Shown piece after piece: positions 1 to 10,134 of a stretch of 64,000 nt of DNA. Numbering within the stretch: position 1 is the stretch's first letter; each line of letters begins with the position of its first letter. The DNA lies in IMG/VR virus record IMGVR_UViG_3300017917_003053, positions 64,001 through 128,000 of that record. The stretch is one strand, 5' to 3'. The stretch comes from a virus. Below the pieces are notes generated by a model that ran no database searches, was not told the DNA's origin, and was given only the letters and a program-made list of their open reading frames with translations. Position numbers and translations under genes: made by a program.

Positions 1-222
1 AGATATGGACAAGGCATTGACAGATACATGGAACTTATAACTCTGGCAACTGATATTGGCTTAATTAACAAAGCGGGTGCTTGGTATACTTTGTCATTCT
101 TAAAAGATGAGAAAAACAAGTTTCAAGGAACAGAAAAAATTAGAAACTTTCTATTAGAGAATGATGCAGCATATCAGGAATTATACAAACAAGTCAAAGA
201 AATGTTAGGAACAAAGTTTTAA
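1..222 (+). CDS. recA: RecA recombinase, C-terminal fragment (gene starts before the window)
   Basis: Frame 1 is open from base 1. RYGQGIDRYMELITLATDIGLINKAGAWY...KFQG matches the RecA C-terminal YGxGI...LIxKAGAWY pattern. Confidence 0.85.
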   Translation, partial: RYGQGIDRYMELITLATDIGLINKAGAWYTLSFLKDEKNKFQGTEKIRNFLLENDAAYQELYKQVKEMLGTKF

Positions 223-223
223 T

Positions 224-634
224 ATGGTTGTTAAAGGTTTGGATGGTACAGTATCTACACTGAATTTGAAGGGTGGGATATCCAAAGGTTCCTCATTAAA
301 TAAATCTGCCATACATTTGGAGGCCAGAAATTTAATTAAAAAACTATATCCTACAATGCAGATTCTGGAAGAGATAACTATTTATCCAAGAAAAAATGAA
401 GTGATGTATTTGGACTTCTATATTCCATTACTTAAAAAATGTATAGAAGTGCATGGAGAACAGCACTACAAATTTATTCCATTTTATCATAACAATGTTT
501 TATCGTTTGTTAAGGCTCAAAAAAGGGACAGAGATAAAAAAGAGTGGTGTCTGATAAACGGTATAGATTATTGTGAATTACCATATAATCAAATAAATAA
601 CTGGGAGTCTATTATTAACCATGAAAACAGCTAA
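224..634 (+). CDS. Vsr/DUF559-like PD-(D/E)xK endonuclease
   Basis: YLDFYIP...CIEVHGEQHY...RDRDKKEWC motif pattern. Confidence 0.7.
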   Translation: MVVKGLDGTVSTLNLKGGISKGSSLNKSAIHLEARNLIKKLYPTMQILEEITIYPRKNEVMYLDFYIPLLKKCIEVHGEQHYKFIPFYHNNVLSFVKAQKRDRDKKEWCLINGIDYCELPYNQINNWESIINHENS

Positions 635-1115
635 AGAAGAATTACAACATTGGGATAATATTCTCGATGAATATGAACAAAATATAGGATTAAGTAAATA
701 CTCTGCTAATATAGAACAATTACCGGAGCATGAGTTAAATTCCTATCTTACAATGGATAGAAAAGTATTAGAAACGTTGACCCCAGAAGATTGTGGACAA
801 ATTGCTTACCGTCTTGGTCAATTTACTTTTCATATACAAAGAACAATAAACAGAGAAATAGCTAGATATAATTGGGCTGAAGAGGCTATTAAAGAAACTA
901 TAGCAGATGAAATTAATTCATACAAAGGATATGGCTTCTTAGAAAAGTCTTTACAAGCTATAAAACATAATGATAAAGCCACATCATTGAATAATATCAA
1001 AAAATATGCGAAACAAAGAAGTGACAGATTATCATATATAGCAAATAGTATTAAAAATTTATCTGATATTATCTTAGCCATTCAAAGAAATAAGGTGAAA
1101 AATGGATCTCAATGA
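621..1115 (+). CDS. Hypothetical helical protein (possible recombination mediator)
   Basis: 164-aa helical/coiled ORF overlapping its neighbours, between recA and dnaB. Function is inferred from context only. Confidence 0.5.
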   Translation: MKTAKEELQHWDNILDEYEQNIGLSKYSANIEQLPEHELNSYLTMDRKVLETLTPEDCGQIAYRLGQFTFHIQRTINREIARYNWAEEAIKETIADEINSYKGYGFLEKSLQAIKHNDKATSLNNIKKYAKQRSDRLSYIANSIKNLSDIILAIQRNKVKNGSQ

Positions 1116-1503
1116 CCTAAAGAATAATCCTGAGCAAATTAAAAATCTTATAGATATTTTATCTAGTTTATTGCCTGACTCAGATGTAAAGCCAAAAACT
1201 AAAGCAAAGAAAAAAACAACAAAAAAGACCAATCCTGGATCTTCTGCTATTAAGACTAACAGAAGCAAGGCAAGGTCTGATGGTATCAATATGTTTGATT
1301 CTATGAGAGAAAAAAATTCTCATAAAGAAGATATAGAGATTGACAAAAAATTAAATCGCTATCCCCCCACAGAGAGGGCTAGACCTATCGAACAGATCGC
1401 GGTACAATGCCGATGTTGCGGTAAAAAAGAAAAAATAAATCGTGGACTTCTCATAGAGAAAGACCGATATAAGTGTAACAAGTGTTCCATTTCTGCTGGG
1501 TAA
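1102..1503 (+). CDS. Zinc-ribbon protein with Lys-rich linker
   Basis: C-terminal CRCCG...CNKC motif. Confidence 0.6.
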   Translation: MDLNDLKNNPEQIKNLIDILSSLLPDSDVKPKTKAKKKTTKKTNPGSSAIKTNRSKARSDGINMFDSMREKNSHKEDIEIDKKLNRYPPTERARPIEQIAVQCRCCGKKEKINRGLLIEKDRYKCNKCSISAG

Positions 1504-1506
1504 AAT

Positions 1507-2952
1507 ATGACATTATCAGATCCTGCGATTGAAAGAGCGGTATTGGCTATTCTGTGCCAAACCGGAGATCAAGCATACGTTGAAGTCGCTGACATAGTAG
1601 ACGAACATTCTTTTACTATTGACAGTAATATACTCATATTCAAATGTATTAAAAAAATCTTTACAGAAAATGGACAAAAATCCATTGATATAGCATCTAT
1701 CTATTCTTCTGCTAAAGATTTAGGTTTTGATACTATCTTACAAAAGAAGGAAGAAACACAACACCTTAAGGCTATACTTGAATTCCCAGCAGATTATGGG
1801 AATCTACTACAGTTTTCTGCTAAACTCAAAAAGTTACAGATAGCCAGAAAATTACAAAACCAGTTAAGAGATATACAGAGTAAGATTAACCAAATTAATG
1901 GTTCTGAATCTATTACTCATATTCTAAGTATAGCAGAAGATCCTATACTTAATTTTAGTTCATCTCTTGATGATGCAGATAACAATCCTGTTCAAATTTC
2001 TCAAGGTCTTAATGAGTATATTGATCATTTAAAGAGTAATCCAATTGATCAGGTTGGTATTTCTACAGGGTTTCCAGCGTATGATTTTGCTATAGGTGGA
2101 GGTCTTAGAAAAAGCACAATCAATGTTATTGCTGCTAGACCAAAAACCGGAAAGACCCTGCTATCTGACAATATGGGATACAATATTGCTAAGATGGGTA
2201 TTCCTGTTTTGAATATGGATACAGAAATGACCAAAAAAGACCATATTCATAGAATCTTAGCTATGATGACAGAAATAGAAATTAATAAGATTGAAACAGG
2301 AAAATTTGCTGAAAATCCATCTTTATCTAACAAAATTGAATCGGCGGTACAGGAATTAGAAAAAATTCCACTTTATCATAAAAGTATAGCCGGGAAATCA
2401 TTTGAAGAACAATTGTCCATTATGAGAAGATGGATTATGAAACATGTTGGTTTAAACAGTGATGGCACAGCAAAACAGTGTGTTATATTTTATGATTATT
2501 TAAAGCTAATGGATAGTGCTGGCATTTCACAAGATATGAAAGAATATCAGGTCTTGGGATTTATGATGACAACATTACATAATTTTGCTGTTAAATATCA
2601 GTTGCCGATTATGGCCTTTGTTCAATTGAATAGAGATGGTATTACTAAAGAGAGCACAGATACTGCTTCTGGTTCTGATAGAATTATTTGGTTATGTAGT
2701 AATTTTAGCATCTTCAAAAAGAAGAGCGATGAAGAAATTGCTGAAGATGGACCAACAAATGGAAATAGGAAACTATTGCCGCTTATCAGTCGCCACGGGT
2801 CAGGTTTAGATGATAATGATTATATCAATTGTCATATGAAAGGCTGGTGTGCAAAAATTACAGAAGGTAAAACTAGGCTAGAATTACTAAACGGAACAGA
2901 CACAGAAAATGGCTTCTCAGTTGAAGAACAAGACAGCATCCCATTCAATTGA
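1507..2952 (+). CDS. dnaB: Replicative DNA helicase (DnaB family)
   Basis: N-terminal ERAVL, Walker A ARPKTGKT, DTEM, Walker B FYDYLKLM, and QLNR motifs. Confidence 0.95.
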   Translation: MTLSDPAIERAVLAILCQTGDQAYVEVADIVDEHSFTIDSNILIFKCIKKIFTENGQKSIDIASIYSSAKDLGFDTILQKKEETQHLKAILEFPADYGNLLQFSAKLKKLQIARKLQNQLRDIQSKINQINGSESITHILSIAEDPILNFSSSLDDADNNPVQISQGLNEYIDHLKSNPIDQVGISTGFPAYDFAIGGGLRKSTINVIAARPKTGKTLLSDNMGYNIAKMGIPVLNMDTEMTKKDHIHRILAMMTEIEINKIETGKFAENPSLSNKIESAVQELEKIPLYHKSIAGKSFEEQLSIMRRWIMKHVGLNSDGTAKQCVIFYDYLKLMDSAGISQDMKEYQVLGFMMTTLHNFAVKYQLPIMAFVQLNRDGITKESTDTASGSDRIIWLCSNFSIFKKKSDEEIAEDGPTNGNRKLLPLISRHGSGLDDNDYINCHMKGWCAKITEGKTRLELLNGTDTENGFSVEEQDSIPFN

Positions 2953-4003
2953 TCAAACCAAGCTTAAAATAGTTTGTGATCAATTATGCGATAATATAGA
3001 AGATTTGTTTAATTATTTTAACATAGACTATAAAAACAATGGAAAGTTTTATAGTATGTGTTGCCCTATACATGGTGGAGATAATCCATCTGCTTTAAAT
3101 ATTTACCATATTGGTGATTCTTACAGAGGAAACTGGAAGTGTAGAACTCATCAATGTGAAAAAGTATTTAAGGGATCAATTATAGGTTTTATTAGAGGAC
3201 TTCTATCTCATAGAGATAAAAATTGGACAGAGAACGGTGACGATACTGTTTCGTTCACTCATACAATGGATTTTATCAAAACATTTTCTCAGATTGATCC
3301 TAATAAAATATCTGTCTCTAGAGTAGAAAAAGACAAGCAAGCTTTTGTTTCTAATACTACAATCTTAAACCAAAAACAAAACAAAGTAGCCAATGCTGTA
3401 AAAAGGGAGCAAATACAAAAAGCCTTAAAAATACCAAGTCCATACTTTTTAAATCGAGGCTTCTCTGCGGACGTGTTGATTAAATATGACGTTGGAGAAT
3501 GTGCGACAGAGGGCAAAGAGATGTATAATCGTGCCGTAGCCCCTATCTATGACGCAAACCATGAGTACATGATAGGTTGTACCGGTAGAACGCTTTTTGA
3601 TAGTATAAAGCCAAAATGGAAACACAGTGAAGGATTTCGTGCAGAAGAATGTTTATACAATTTTTGGTATGCAAAAGAATATATTAAACAGTCCAAGATT
3701 GTGATTCTAGTCGAAAGTCCTGGTAACATATGGAGATTAGAAGAAGCCGGAATCCATAACGGTGTTGCTCTTTTTGGGGCAAACCTTAATGATAAACAAA
3801 AGATGATTTTGGACATATCCGGAGCGATGAAAATTATTACTATAATGGACAATGATCAGGCTGGAGAAAAAGCCAGAGAACAAATTCAAAAAAGATGTGA
3901 AAAAATATACAATATTGATCATATCTTAATAGATAAAAATGACGTTGCAGAGATGAGTATTGACGAAATCAAACAAATTATACTTCCAAGGATTATATTA
4001 TGA
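2909..4003 (+). CDS. dnaG: DNA primase (Zn finger plus TOPRIM)
   Basis: CPIHGGDN...WKCRTHQC zinc finger, ILVESPG and MDNDQAG TOPRIM motifs. Confidence 0.9.
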   Translation: MASQLKNKTASHSIDQTKLKIVCDQLCDNIEDLFNYFNIDYKNNGKFYSMCCPIHGGDNPSALNIYHIGDSYRGNWKCRTHQCEKVFKGSIIGFIRGLLSHRDKNWTENGDDTVSFTHTMDFIKTFSQIDPNKISVSRVEKDKQAFVSNTTILNQKQNKVANAVKREQIQKALKIPSPYFLNRGFSADVLIKYDVGECATEGKEMYNRAVAPIYDANHEYMIGCTGRTLFDSIKPKWKHSEGFRAEECLYNFWYAKEYIKQSKIVILVESPGNIWRLEEAGIHNGVALFGANLNDKQKMILDISGAMKIITIMDNDQAGEKAREQIQKRCEKIYNIDHILIDKNDVAEMSIDEIKQIILPRIIL

Positions 4004-4743
4004 CTGTAATTATAGGATTTTCTGGCAAAAAACAATCAGGTAAGACTACTAGTGCTAATTTTCTATATTCTATAGCTTTGGCTACTAAACCTGGAATAGA
4101 ACATGTTACATTAACAGATCACGGTACTATACAGGTTAAAAAAACTAATACCGATTATATGATAGATGTAGATGTGGTAAAATACTATAATAATATTGGC
4201 TTTATAGATGAAGACATTGCCAAAATTATAGAGTCAATAAGTCCACACGTTAAGATATACAGTTTCGCAGATCCACTGAAGCAGGATATCTGTATCAATA
4301 TGTTCGGTTTAACATATGAACAATGCTATGGAACAGATGAACAAAAGAATGAACCAACAGATATTTTTTATGATGGCAAATATTTGTCTGGGAGAGACAT
4401 TATGCAACTGGTTGGGACAGACTTTTTTAGGGCGGTAAAGTCTAATATCTGGCCAGAAGCAACTGTCAGAAAAATTCTCAAAGATCAGCCATATATCGCC
4501 TTGATAACAGATTGTAGATTTCCTAATGAAGTTGATGCTATCAAAAATAATAATGGTATAGTTATCAGACTAACAAGAGAATTGCCAAAAAATCCTGGAG
4601 AGATAGAACATAAATCCGAAACTGCCTTAGATAAAGAAGTATATGATTGGGCAAATTTTAATTATGTAATTGATAATAAAAATCTAGATATTATACAGCA
4701 ATGTAATATGGTTCATGAAATATTAACAAAGGAAGTTAAATGA
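4000..4743 (+). CDS. Deoxynucleoside monophosphate kinase (T4 gp1-like)
   Basis: IGFSGKKQSGKTT P-loop, SFADPLK, ITDCRFPNE, HKSE motifs. Confidence 0.85.
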   Translation: MTVIIGFSGKKQSGKTTSANFLYSIALATKPGIEHVTLTDHGTIQVKKTNTDYMIDVDVVKYYNNIGFIDEDIAKIIESISPHVKIYSFADPLKQDICINMFGLTYEQCYGTDEQKNEPTDIFYDGKYLSGRDIMQLVGTDFFRAVKSNIWPEATVRKILKDQPYIALITDCRFPNEVDAIKNNNGIVIRLTRELPKNPGEIEHKSETALDKEVYDWANFNYVIDNKNLDIIQQCNMVHEILTKEVK

Positions 4744-5777
4744 TTATTACTTATTTTCGTAGTTCATCCTACAACGCTCACAGTATGTGCGAGCAGCAAT
4801 ACTTCCTAGAATATGTCCTAGGGTGGAGAGGTCCATCTAATAAGAAAGCAGATAAAGGAACCATAGTACATAAAGTACTAGAAATTTTAGCTTGTATTAA
4901 AAAAGGACAGCAAGATAAACTTATAGCTATTAATGACGATGTTGTTGGAAATATTATTCTGTCTAACTATAATTTGGATGAAATTATAAAAGTGGTCTAT
5001 AATCATTATGCTCGCTCAAATCCTCATCATGTGTGGGTTGACAAAGACTTTGACGAGTGTTATCATTGGGTGTACAAGACCCTTAATTACAATCGTGGGA
5101 TGTTTGATCCTAGAAACAGGTTTATAGTACAACCAGAACAACATTTTGATTTTATCATAGAAAAACCTTGGGCTAAATACTCATATCAAACAGACGATGG
5201 AGTATTAGAAGGATATCTAGGATTAAAAGGAACTATAGATCTTATTACAAAAGTTAATGATGATCTTTACGAGATTATAGACTGGAAAACCGGTAAAAGA
5301 TTAAATTGGGCAACAGGAAAAGAAAAAACACAGAAGTGTCTAGAAAACGATCCTCAACTTAGAATATATCATTATGCTATTAGACAGTTATATCCTGAGA
5401 TAGCACATTTTATGGTTTCTATTAACTTTATTAATGATGGTGGAGTATTTTCCATGTCATTTGAAGACAAAGACTTGATAGAAACCGAAAGAATGTTGAT
5501 GCAAAAATTTGAAACTATAAAAAGAACCAGAAAACCACAATTGAAAAAAACTTGGATGTGTAGTAAATTGTGTCATTTTGGTAAAACTACTTTTGCAGAT
5601 ACTAATATTCCGGCTATGGTTGAATATAGAGATAATCAAGTTTGTGCTAAAGGATCGACTATGACAAAATGTGAACAAATTAAACACGACATAGAACTTC
5701 TTGGTATAGACAATGTGACCTCCAGTTACAAACATCAAAATCATACCTTTGGTCATTATGAGGCTCCCGGTCAATGA
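4740..5777 (+). CDS. Cas4/RecB-like PD-(D/E)xK exonuclease
   Basis: CEQQY, GTIVHKVLE, GTIDL, IIDWKTG, QLRIY, and C-terminal Cys cluster CSKLCHF. Confidence 0.85.
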   Translation: MIITYFRSSSYNAHSMCEQQYFLEYVLGWRGPSNKKADKGTIVHKVLEILACIKKGQQDKLIAINDDVVGNIILSNYNLDEIIKVVYNHYARSNPHHVWVDKDFDECYHWVYKTLNYNRGMFDPRNRFIVQPEQHFDFIIEKPWAKYSYQTDDGVLEGYLGLKGTIDLITKVNDDLYEIIDWKTGKRLNWATGKEKTQKCLENDPQLRIYHYAIRQLYPEIAHFMVSINFINDGGVFSMSFEDKDLIETERMLMQKFETIKRTRKPQLKKTWMCSKLCHFGKTTFADTNIPAMVEYRDNQVCAKGSTMTKCEQIKHDIELLGIDNVTSSYKHQNHTFGHYEAPGQ

Positions 5778-7651
5778 AACAATATATTCCACTACATGTT
5801 CATAGCCATTATTCATTGTTAGATGGTTTATCTAAACCACAACAAATAGCAGAAAGATGTCAAAAGATAGGGGCGGAATCTTGTGCTATTACAGATCACG
5901 GGAATATAGCGGGGACTGTCAAATTTCATTCAACTATGAGATCTGCTGGTATCAAACCCATTCTTGGTTGTGAACTATATATTTCTGATAATAGTGCTGA
6001 GATTAAAGACAATAGCAATAGAAATCTTAGTCATCTTGTGATTTTAGCAAAAAATTACAAAGGTTGGCAAACATTGATTAAGATAGTATCAGAATCTAAT
6101 AACCCCAATAATTTCTATTATAAGCCAAGATTGGATCTGGATAAGCTAGGCTATCTTTTAGATGGTAATATCATAGGATTTGCAGGACATTTAGGTTCTG
6201 TAGTTGCTAACAAGATAGTATCAGAGGATAATATTGATGCAAATTGGGAAACCAATGTTATACCCACTATTGATAAGCTACAAAATATCTTTGGCAAAGA
6301 TAATTTTTTTCTTGAAGCACAATTAATGGATCAAGAGTATAATCCTATACAAAAAGAACTCACTGAATGTATCAGAAGAGTAGCCAAGCATAAGGGCATA
6401 AAAGTTATAGCAACTCCTGATGCACATTATTGTGAAAAAGACGATGCTATAGATCAAAGAGTATTGTTGTGTAATAATTTGAAGACAACTTTTATAGATA
6501 TTAACTCTAAGATTCTCAATAAAGAGAATTTTGGAATGGACACATTCTTTATCTCTGATAATTATCATATTCTCAGTCATGAAGAAATGAACACTTTTCA
6601 TCCTGAAGAAGAACTAGAAAATACTCAGTATGTTAATAGTCTATGTGAAAATTTTGATATTAATCAAAAACCTAATCTTCCAGCATTTGATTGTCCTAAA
6701 GGATTTGATCAAGCAGAATACTTACGACAATTATGTAGAAATGGATGGAAAGATAAAATCAAAGATATCATTTCAGAATCTCAACAGCCTGATTATGTTG
6801 AAAGAATCAAATACGAATTGGAAGTTTTACAGGGTGCTGGGTTATCTAGTTACTTTCTGATTGTTCAAGATATTGTTAACTATGTTCGTGCAAATAAGTG
6901 GCTTCCTGGTCCAGGCAGAGGTAGTGCCGCTGGCTGTTTAGTATCTTATTTGGTTGGTATTACAGCAATCGATCCAATAAAATACAATTTAATTTTTGAT
7001 AGATTTTATAATGCTGGAAGAAATACTAAAGATCGTATTAGTATGCCAGATATTGATATAGACGTACCTATTAATAAAAGAGAAGACATCATCTCATATA
7101 TCAAGAATAAATATGGGCACGATAAAGTATCTCAAATGATTACTTTTAATACCATGAAGGGTCGTGGGGCATTAAAAGATGTGCTTAGAGTATATGGTAA
7201 TATTACATTCGATGAGATGAATAACATTACCAAATTTATTCCTGATGAAGCCAAAATTGCTGACGAACTACAAGAAATGAAAGAAGAGACTGGAGAAGCA
7301 TCTATTATACGTTGGGCATTAGAAAATCATGCAGATGATCTTTCTACTTGGTGCTCATTAAACGATAAGGGAGAATTAGTTGGCCCATTATCAAAAAGAT
7401 TTGAACAAGCAATAAGGCTAGAGGGAACCAAAACCAATCAATCAAAACACGCAGCCGGTGTGGCTATTAGTTCAAAACCACTTGGCGAAATGTGTCCTAT
7501 GGTCTATGATAATAGGAATAACCAAACCATAGCAGGTATGGAAATGCAGGATCTAGAGAGTATCGGTATAATTAAGTTCGATATTCTTGGTATTGCAATG
7601 TTAGATAAGATTATGACTGTCCAAGAATTATTAAGCAAAGGAGAAGAATAA
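5774..7651 (+). CDS. dnaE: DNA polymerase III alpha-like, N-terminal half (PHP and palm)
   Basis: LHVHSHYSLLDG, ITDHG, GPGRGSAAG, MPDIDID, SKHAAG. It ends just after IKFDILG. Confidence 0.95.
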   Translation: MKQYIPLHVHSHYSLLDGLSKPQQIAERCQKIGAESCAITDHGNIAGTVKFHSTMRSAGIKPILGCELYISDNSAEIKDNSNRNLSHLVILAKNYKGWQTLIKIVSESNNPNNFYYKPRLDLDKLGYLLDGNIIGFAGHLGSVVANKIVSEDNIDANWETNVIPTIDKLQNIFGKDNFFLEAQLMDQEYNPIQKELTECIRRVAKHKGIKVIATPDAHYCEKDDAIDQRVLLCNNLKTTFIDINSKILNKENFGMDTFFISDNYHILSHEEMNTFHPEEELENTQYVNSLCENFDINQKPNLPAFDCPKGFDQAEYLRQLCRNGWKDKIKDIISESQQPDYVERIKYELEVLQGAGLSSYFLIVQDIVNYVRANKWLPGPGRGSAAGCLVSYLVGITAIDPIKYNLIFDRFYNAGRNTKDRISMPDIDIDVPINKREDIISYIKNKYGHDKVSQMITFNTMKGRGALKDVLRVYGNITFDEMNNITKFIPDEAKIADELQEMKEETGEASIIRWALENHADDLSTWCSLNDKGELVGPLSKRFEQAIRLEGTKTNQSKHAAGVAISSKPLGEMCPMVYDNRNNQTIAGMEMQDLESIGIIKFDILGIAMLDKIMTVQELLSKGEE

Positions 7652-7830
7652 TGGATAAACAGTTTAAAGATTTATCGGTTGGCGAACAATTTGTACACAA
7701 TGCTGTGTCTTATACGAGAATTACAGATGAGAGAGTAAGTTGCTGTCATGTAAAGAATGCTATTAATAATCAAACCCAAGAAAAGGTTATGATCACTCCA
7801 TTAGAAATGGTAACGGTACAAAATTCATGA
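7651..7830 (+). CDS. 59-aa hypothetical protein (absent from the ORF track)
   Basis: MDKQFKDLSVGEQF...VQNS. AAGGAG RBS; its ATG overlaps the dnaE-N stop (TAATG) and its TGA overlaps the next ATG (ATGA). Confidence 0.7.
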   Translation: MDKQFKDLSVGEQFVHNAVSYTRITDERVSCCHVKNAINNQTQEKVMITPLEMVTVQNS

Positions 7831-8525
7831 AACAATATAATAAGATTTGTGTTTTTGACTTTGAAACAGACGGTGCGAATCCAACTATTTGCAGCCCTGT
7901 ACAAATAGCCGCTTTGATTATTGATCCGATCAAATTGGAAATTGTACCAAATTCAGAATTCAATTTGATGCTCAAACCAGATAAATTAGAAGATAATCCT
8001 GATCATACATACGATTCAGATATTTTAAGTTTTCACGCAAAAGTCAGAGGATGCGAACAGTCTGAAATTTTGAGAGGATGGAAAGAATCTATTTCTCAAA
8101 AGCAAGGATGGTCGATGTTTATAGACTATCTAGAAAAGCATCATTGTAAAACTAGTAAGAAGTCACAATTTAGTGCTCCTATAGCGGCTGGATATAACAT
8201 ACATAGATTTGATCTAAAAATAGTGCAAAGGCTATGTAAGAAATATGGCAACGTAAATAAAGAAGACGAATCTAATATCTTTTATCCTAGAGATATATTA
8301 GATATTATGAATTTGTTATATTATTGGTTCGCCTATGTTGATGATGTTAAGAGCCTTTCGCTTGACAACGTAAGAGAATATATGAGTATATCTTCAGAAA
8401 ATGCTCACGACGCTCTCAAAGACGTTAAGGATTGTGCTAATATACTGTTAAGATTCCTAAGACTGCACAAAAATCTATCTGCCAAAATTAAATTCAGAGA
8501 CGCTTTTAATGATATTCAACGCTGA
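7827..8525 (+). CDS. DEDDh 3'-5' exonuclease (DnaQ/epsilon-like)
   Basis: VFDFETDG (ExoI), AGYNIHRFD (ExoII), AHDALKD (ExoIII). Confidence 0.9.
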   Translation: MKQYNKICVFDFETDGANPTICSPVQIAALIIDPIKLEIVPNSEFNLMLKPDKLEDNPDHTYDSDILSFHAKVRGCEQSEILRGWKESISQKQGWSMFIDYLEKHHCKTSKKSQFSAPIAAGYNIHRFDLKIVQRLCKKYGNVNKEDESNIFYPRDILDIMNLLYYWFAYVDDVKSLSLDNVREYMSISSENAHDALKDVKDCANILLRFLRLHKNLSAKIKFRDAFNDIQR

Positions 8526-10065
8526 TATATCCACGATGGATTTGGATTGTCCTTTAACTTGGAACCTTATTTCTGCTGGAAATACCAAAGGTTGTTTTCA
8601 GTTAGAGTCTAGGTTAGGTAGAAGTATTGCCAAAAAACTTAAACCTTCTAACATAGAAGAACTGGCTGCATTAATTAGTATTATGAGACCAGGATGTTTA
8701 GAGGCTATTAGAGACGGTAAAAGCGTTACTAACCATTATATTGACAAAAAGAATGGGGTTGAGCCAACAGATTATTTTCATGAATCTTTGGAACCGATCC
8801 TAAAGTCTACTTATGGTGAAATGGTTTATCAAGAACAAGCCATGGAAATATCCAGAGTAATTGCTGGCTTTAATTTGCAAGAAGCGGATGAATTAAGAAA
8901 AAGTATTGGAAAAAAGAATGTTGAATTAATGGCGAAGGTCAAGACCAAATTCCTTGAAGGATGCAAAAAGACTCAGAAAGTTTCTGAACAAGAAGCAGAA
9001 CAAATTTTCGGCTGGATTGAAAAAAGTCAGAGATACTCGTTTAATAAGAGCCACGCTATTAGTTATGCTATGAATTGTTATTTATCAGCATATGCAAAAG
9101 CTCATTTCCCTAGAGTATTTTTTGCCTCATATTTAAGATTTGCTAAAGACAAAATTGACCCTCAGACAGAAATCAAAGAGTTGGTACAAAATGCAACAGA
9201 AATGAATATTGTTGTATGCAATCCTGATATCAGAATGATGAATGAATTTGTGGAATTAGATAAAAAATGCATATATTTCGGTTTAACTGATATTAAGGGT
9301 GTTGGTAAATCTGCGTTTGACAAGTTAAAAAATATAGTTGATAAATCCAAGTTAAATCTACGAAATATGACATGGATGGAGTTTCTATATTTACTTAGTC
9401 AGATAAATACTACGGCTTCTAAAGCATTAATCCAATCAGGAGCATTAGACTTTTTGAAGATTCATAGAAATCAAATGCTTTTTGAATACAACATATTTCA
9501 AGAATTAACAAATAAAGAGATGGAAAATTTACTCAAGATCATAAATGTTAAACAGAGCTTACAAAAGAATTTAGAGTCATTAATTGCTAACTCTAAGTTA
9601 ACTGCTAAAAGACAAACCTCTTTATCAAACTTAATTCAGTCTTTAAAAAAGCCTCCTTATTCATTAGAGGATACGATTGAATGGCTGGCTGACACAGAAA
9701 ATATGCTTATAGGTTGTTCTATTTCATGTTCTAAAGTAGATATGTATGATATGAGCATGGTATCTTCTTCATGTAAAGATTTTAAAAATGACAAATGTCC
9801 ATCTCACTCAAATATCATTTTAGCAGGAGAGATAGAGTATATAAGAACGGTCAAAACAAAAAAGGGCAAAGATGTCGGATCGGAGATGGCGTTTATTACA
9901 CTTAATGATGGAACAGCATCTTTAGATAGTGTTGTTTATTTTCCGGAATCATATCGTAAATATAGGAATCAATTATTTGTTGGAAATATTATTATCGTCA
10001 AAGGTAATAAGTCCAAAGATAAAGACTCTTTGCTCGTCGAAAAAACTTTTATACCAAAGGCTTGA
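8509..10065 (+). CDS. dnaE: DNA polymerase III alpha-like, C-terminal half (fingers, HhH, OB fold)
   Basis: TKGCFQLES, RPG, YQEQ, YSFNKSHA, FGLTDIKGVG, and KTKKG...MAFITLND OB fold. Confidence 0.95.
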   Translation: MIFNADISTMDLDCPLTWNLISAGNTKGCFQLESRLGRSIAKKLKPSNIEELAALISIMRPGCLEAIRDGKSVTNHYIDKKNGVEPTDYFHESLEPILKSTYGEMVYQEQAMEISRVIAGFNLQEADELRKSIGKKNVELMAKVKTKFLEGCKKTQKVSEQEAEQIFGWIEKSQRYSFNKSHAISYAMNCYLSAYAKAHFPRVFFASYLRFAKDKIDPQTEIKELVQNATEMNIVVCNPDIRMMNEFVELDKKCIYFGLTDIKGVGKSAFDKLKNIVDKSKLNLRNMTWMEFLYLLSQINTTASKALIQSGALDFLKIHRNQMLFEYNIFQELTNKEMENLLKIINVKQSLQKNLESLIANSKLTAKRQTSLSNLIQSLKKPPYSLEDTIEWLADTENMLIGCSISCSKVDMYDMSMVSSSCKDFKNDKCPSHSNIILAGEIEYIRTVKTKKGKDVGSEMAFITLNDGTASLDSVVYFPESYRKYRNQLFVGNIIIVKGNKSKDKDSLLVEKTFIPKA

Positions 10066-10089
10066 CTTGTGTCCGGTCAGAGGTATAAT
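10062..10089 (+). promoter_or_regulatory. Sigma70-type promoter upstream of ssb
   Basis: TTGACT (10062-10067), 16-nt spacer, TATAAT (10084-10089). It runs from the dnaE-C stop into the intergenic gap, with an AAAGGA RBS downstream. Confidence 0.75.
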
Positions 10090-10134
10090 ATGGTGCGTGT
10101 TGGCATTGGAAACTTTAACTAAAAGGAATAACTT

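Noticed and set aside
4740-5777. CRISPR-Cas locus implied by the Cas4-like gene
   Set aside because: No repeat-spacer array or other cas genes. Stand-alone Cas4-like nucleases are common in phage replication modules.
7600-8560. Split intein or self-splicing intron at the dnaE break
   Set aside because: No Cys/Ser-initiated intein N-part or His-Asn end, and no non-coding space; the gap is filled by two coupled ORFs.
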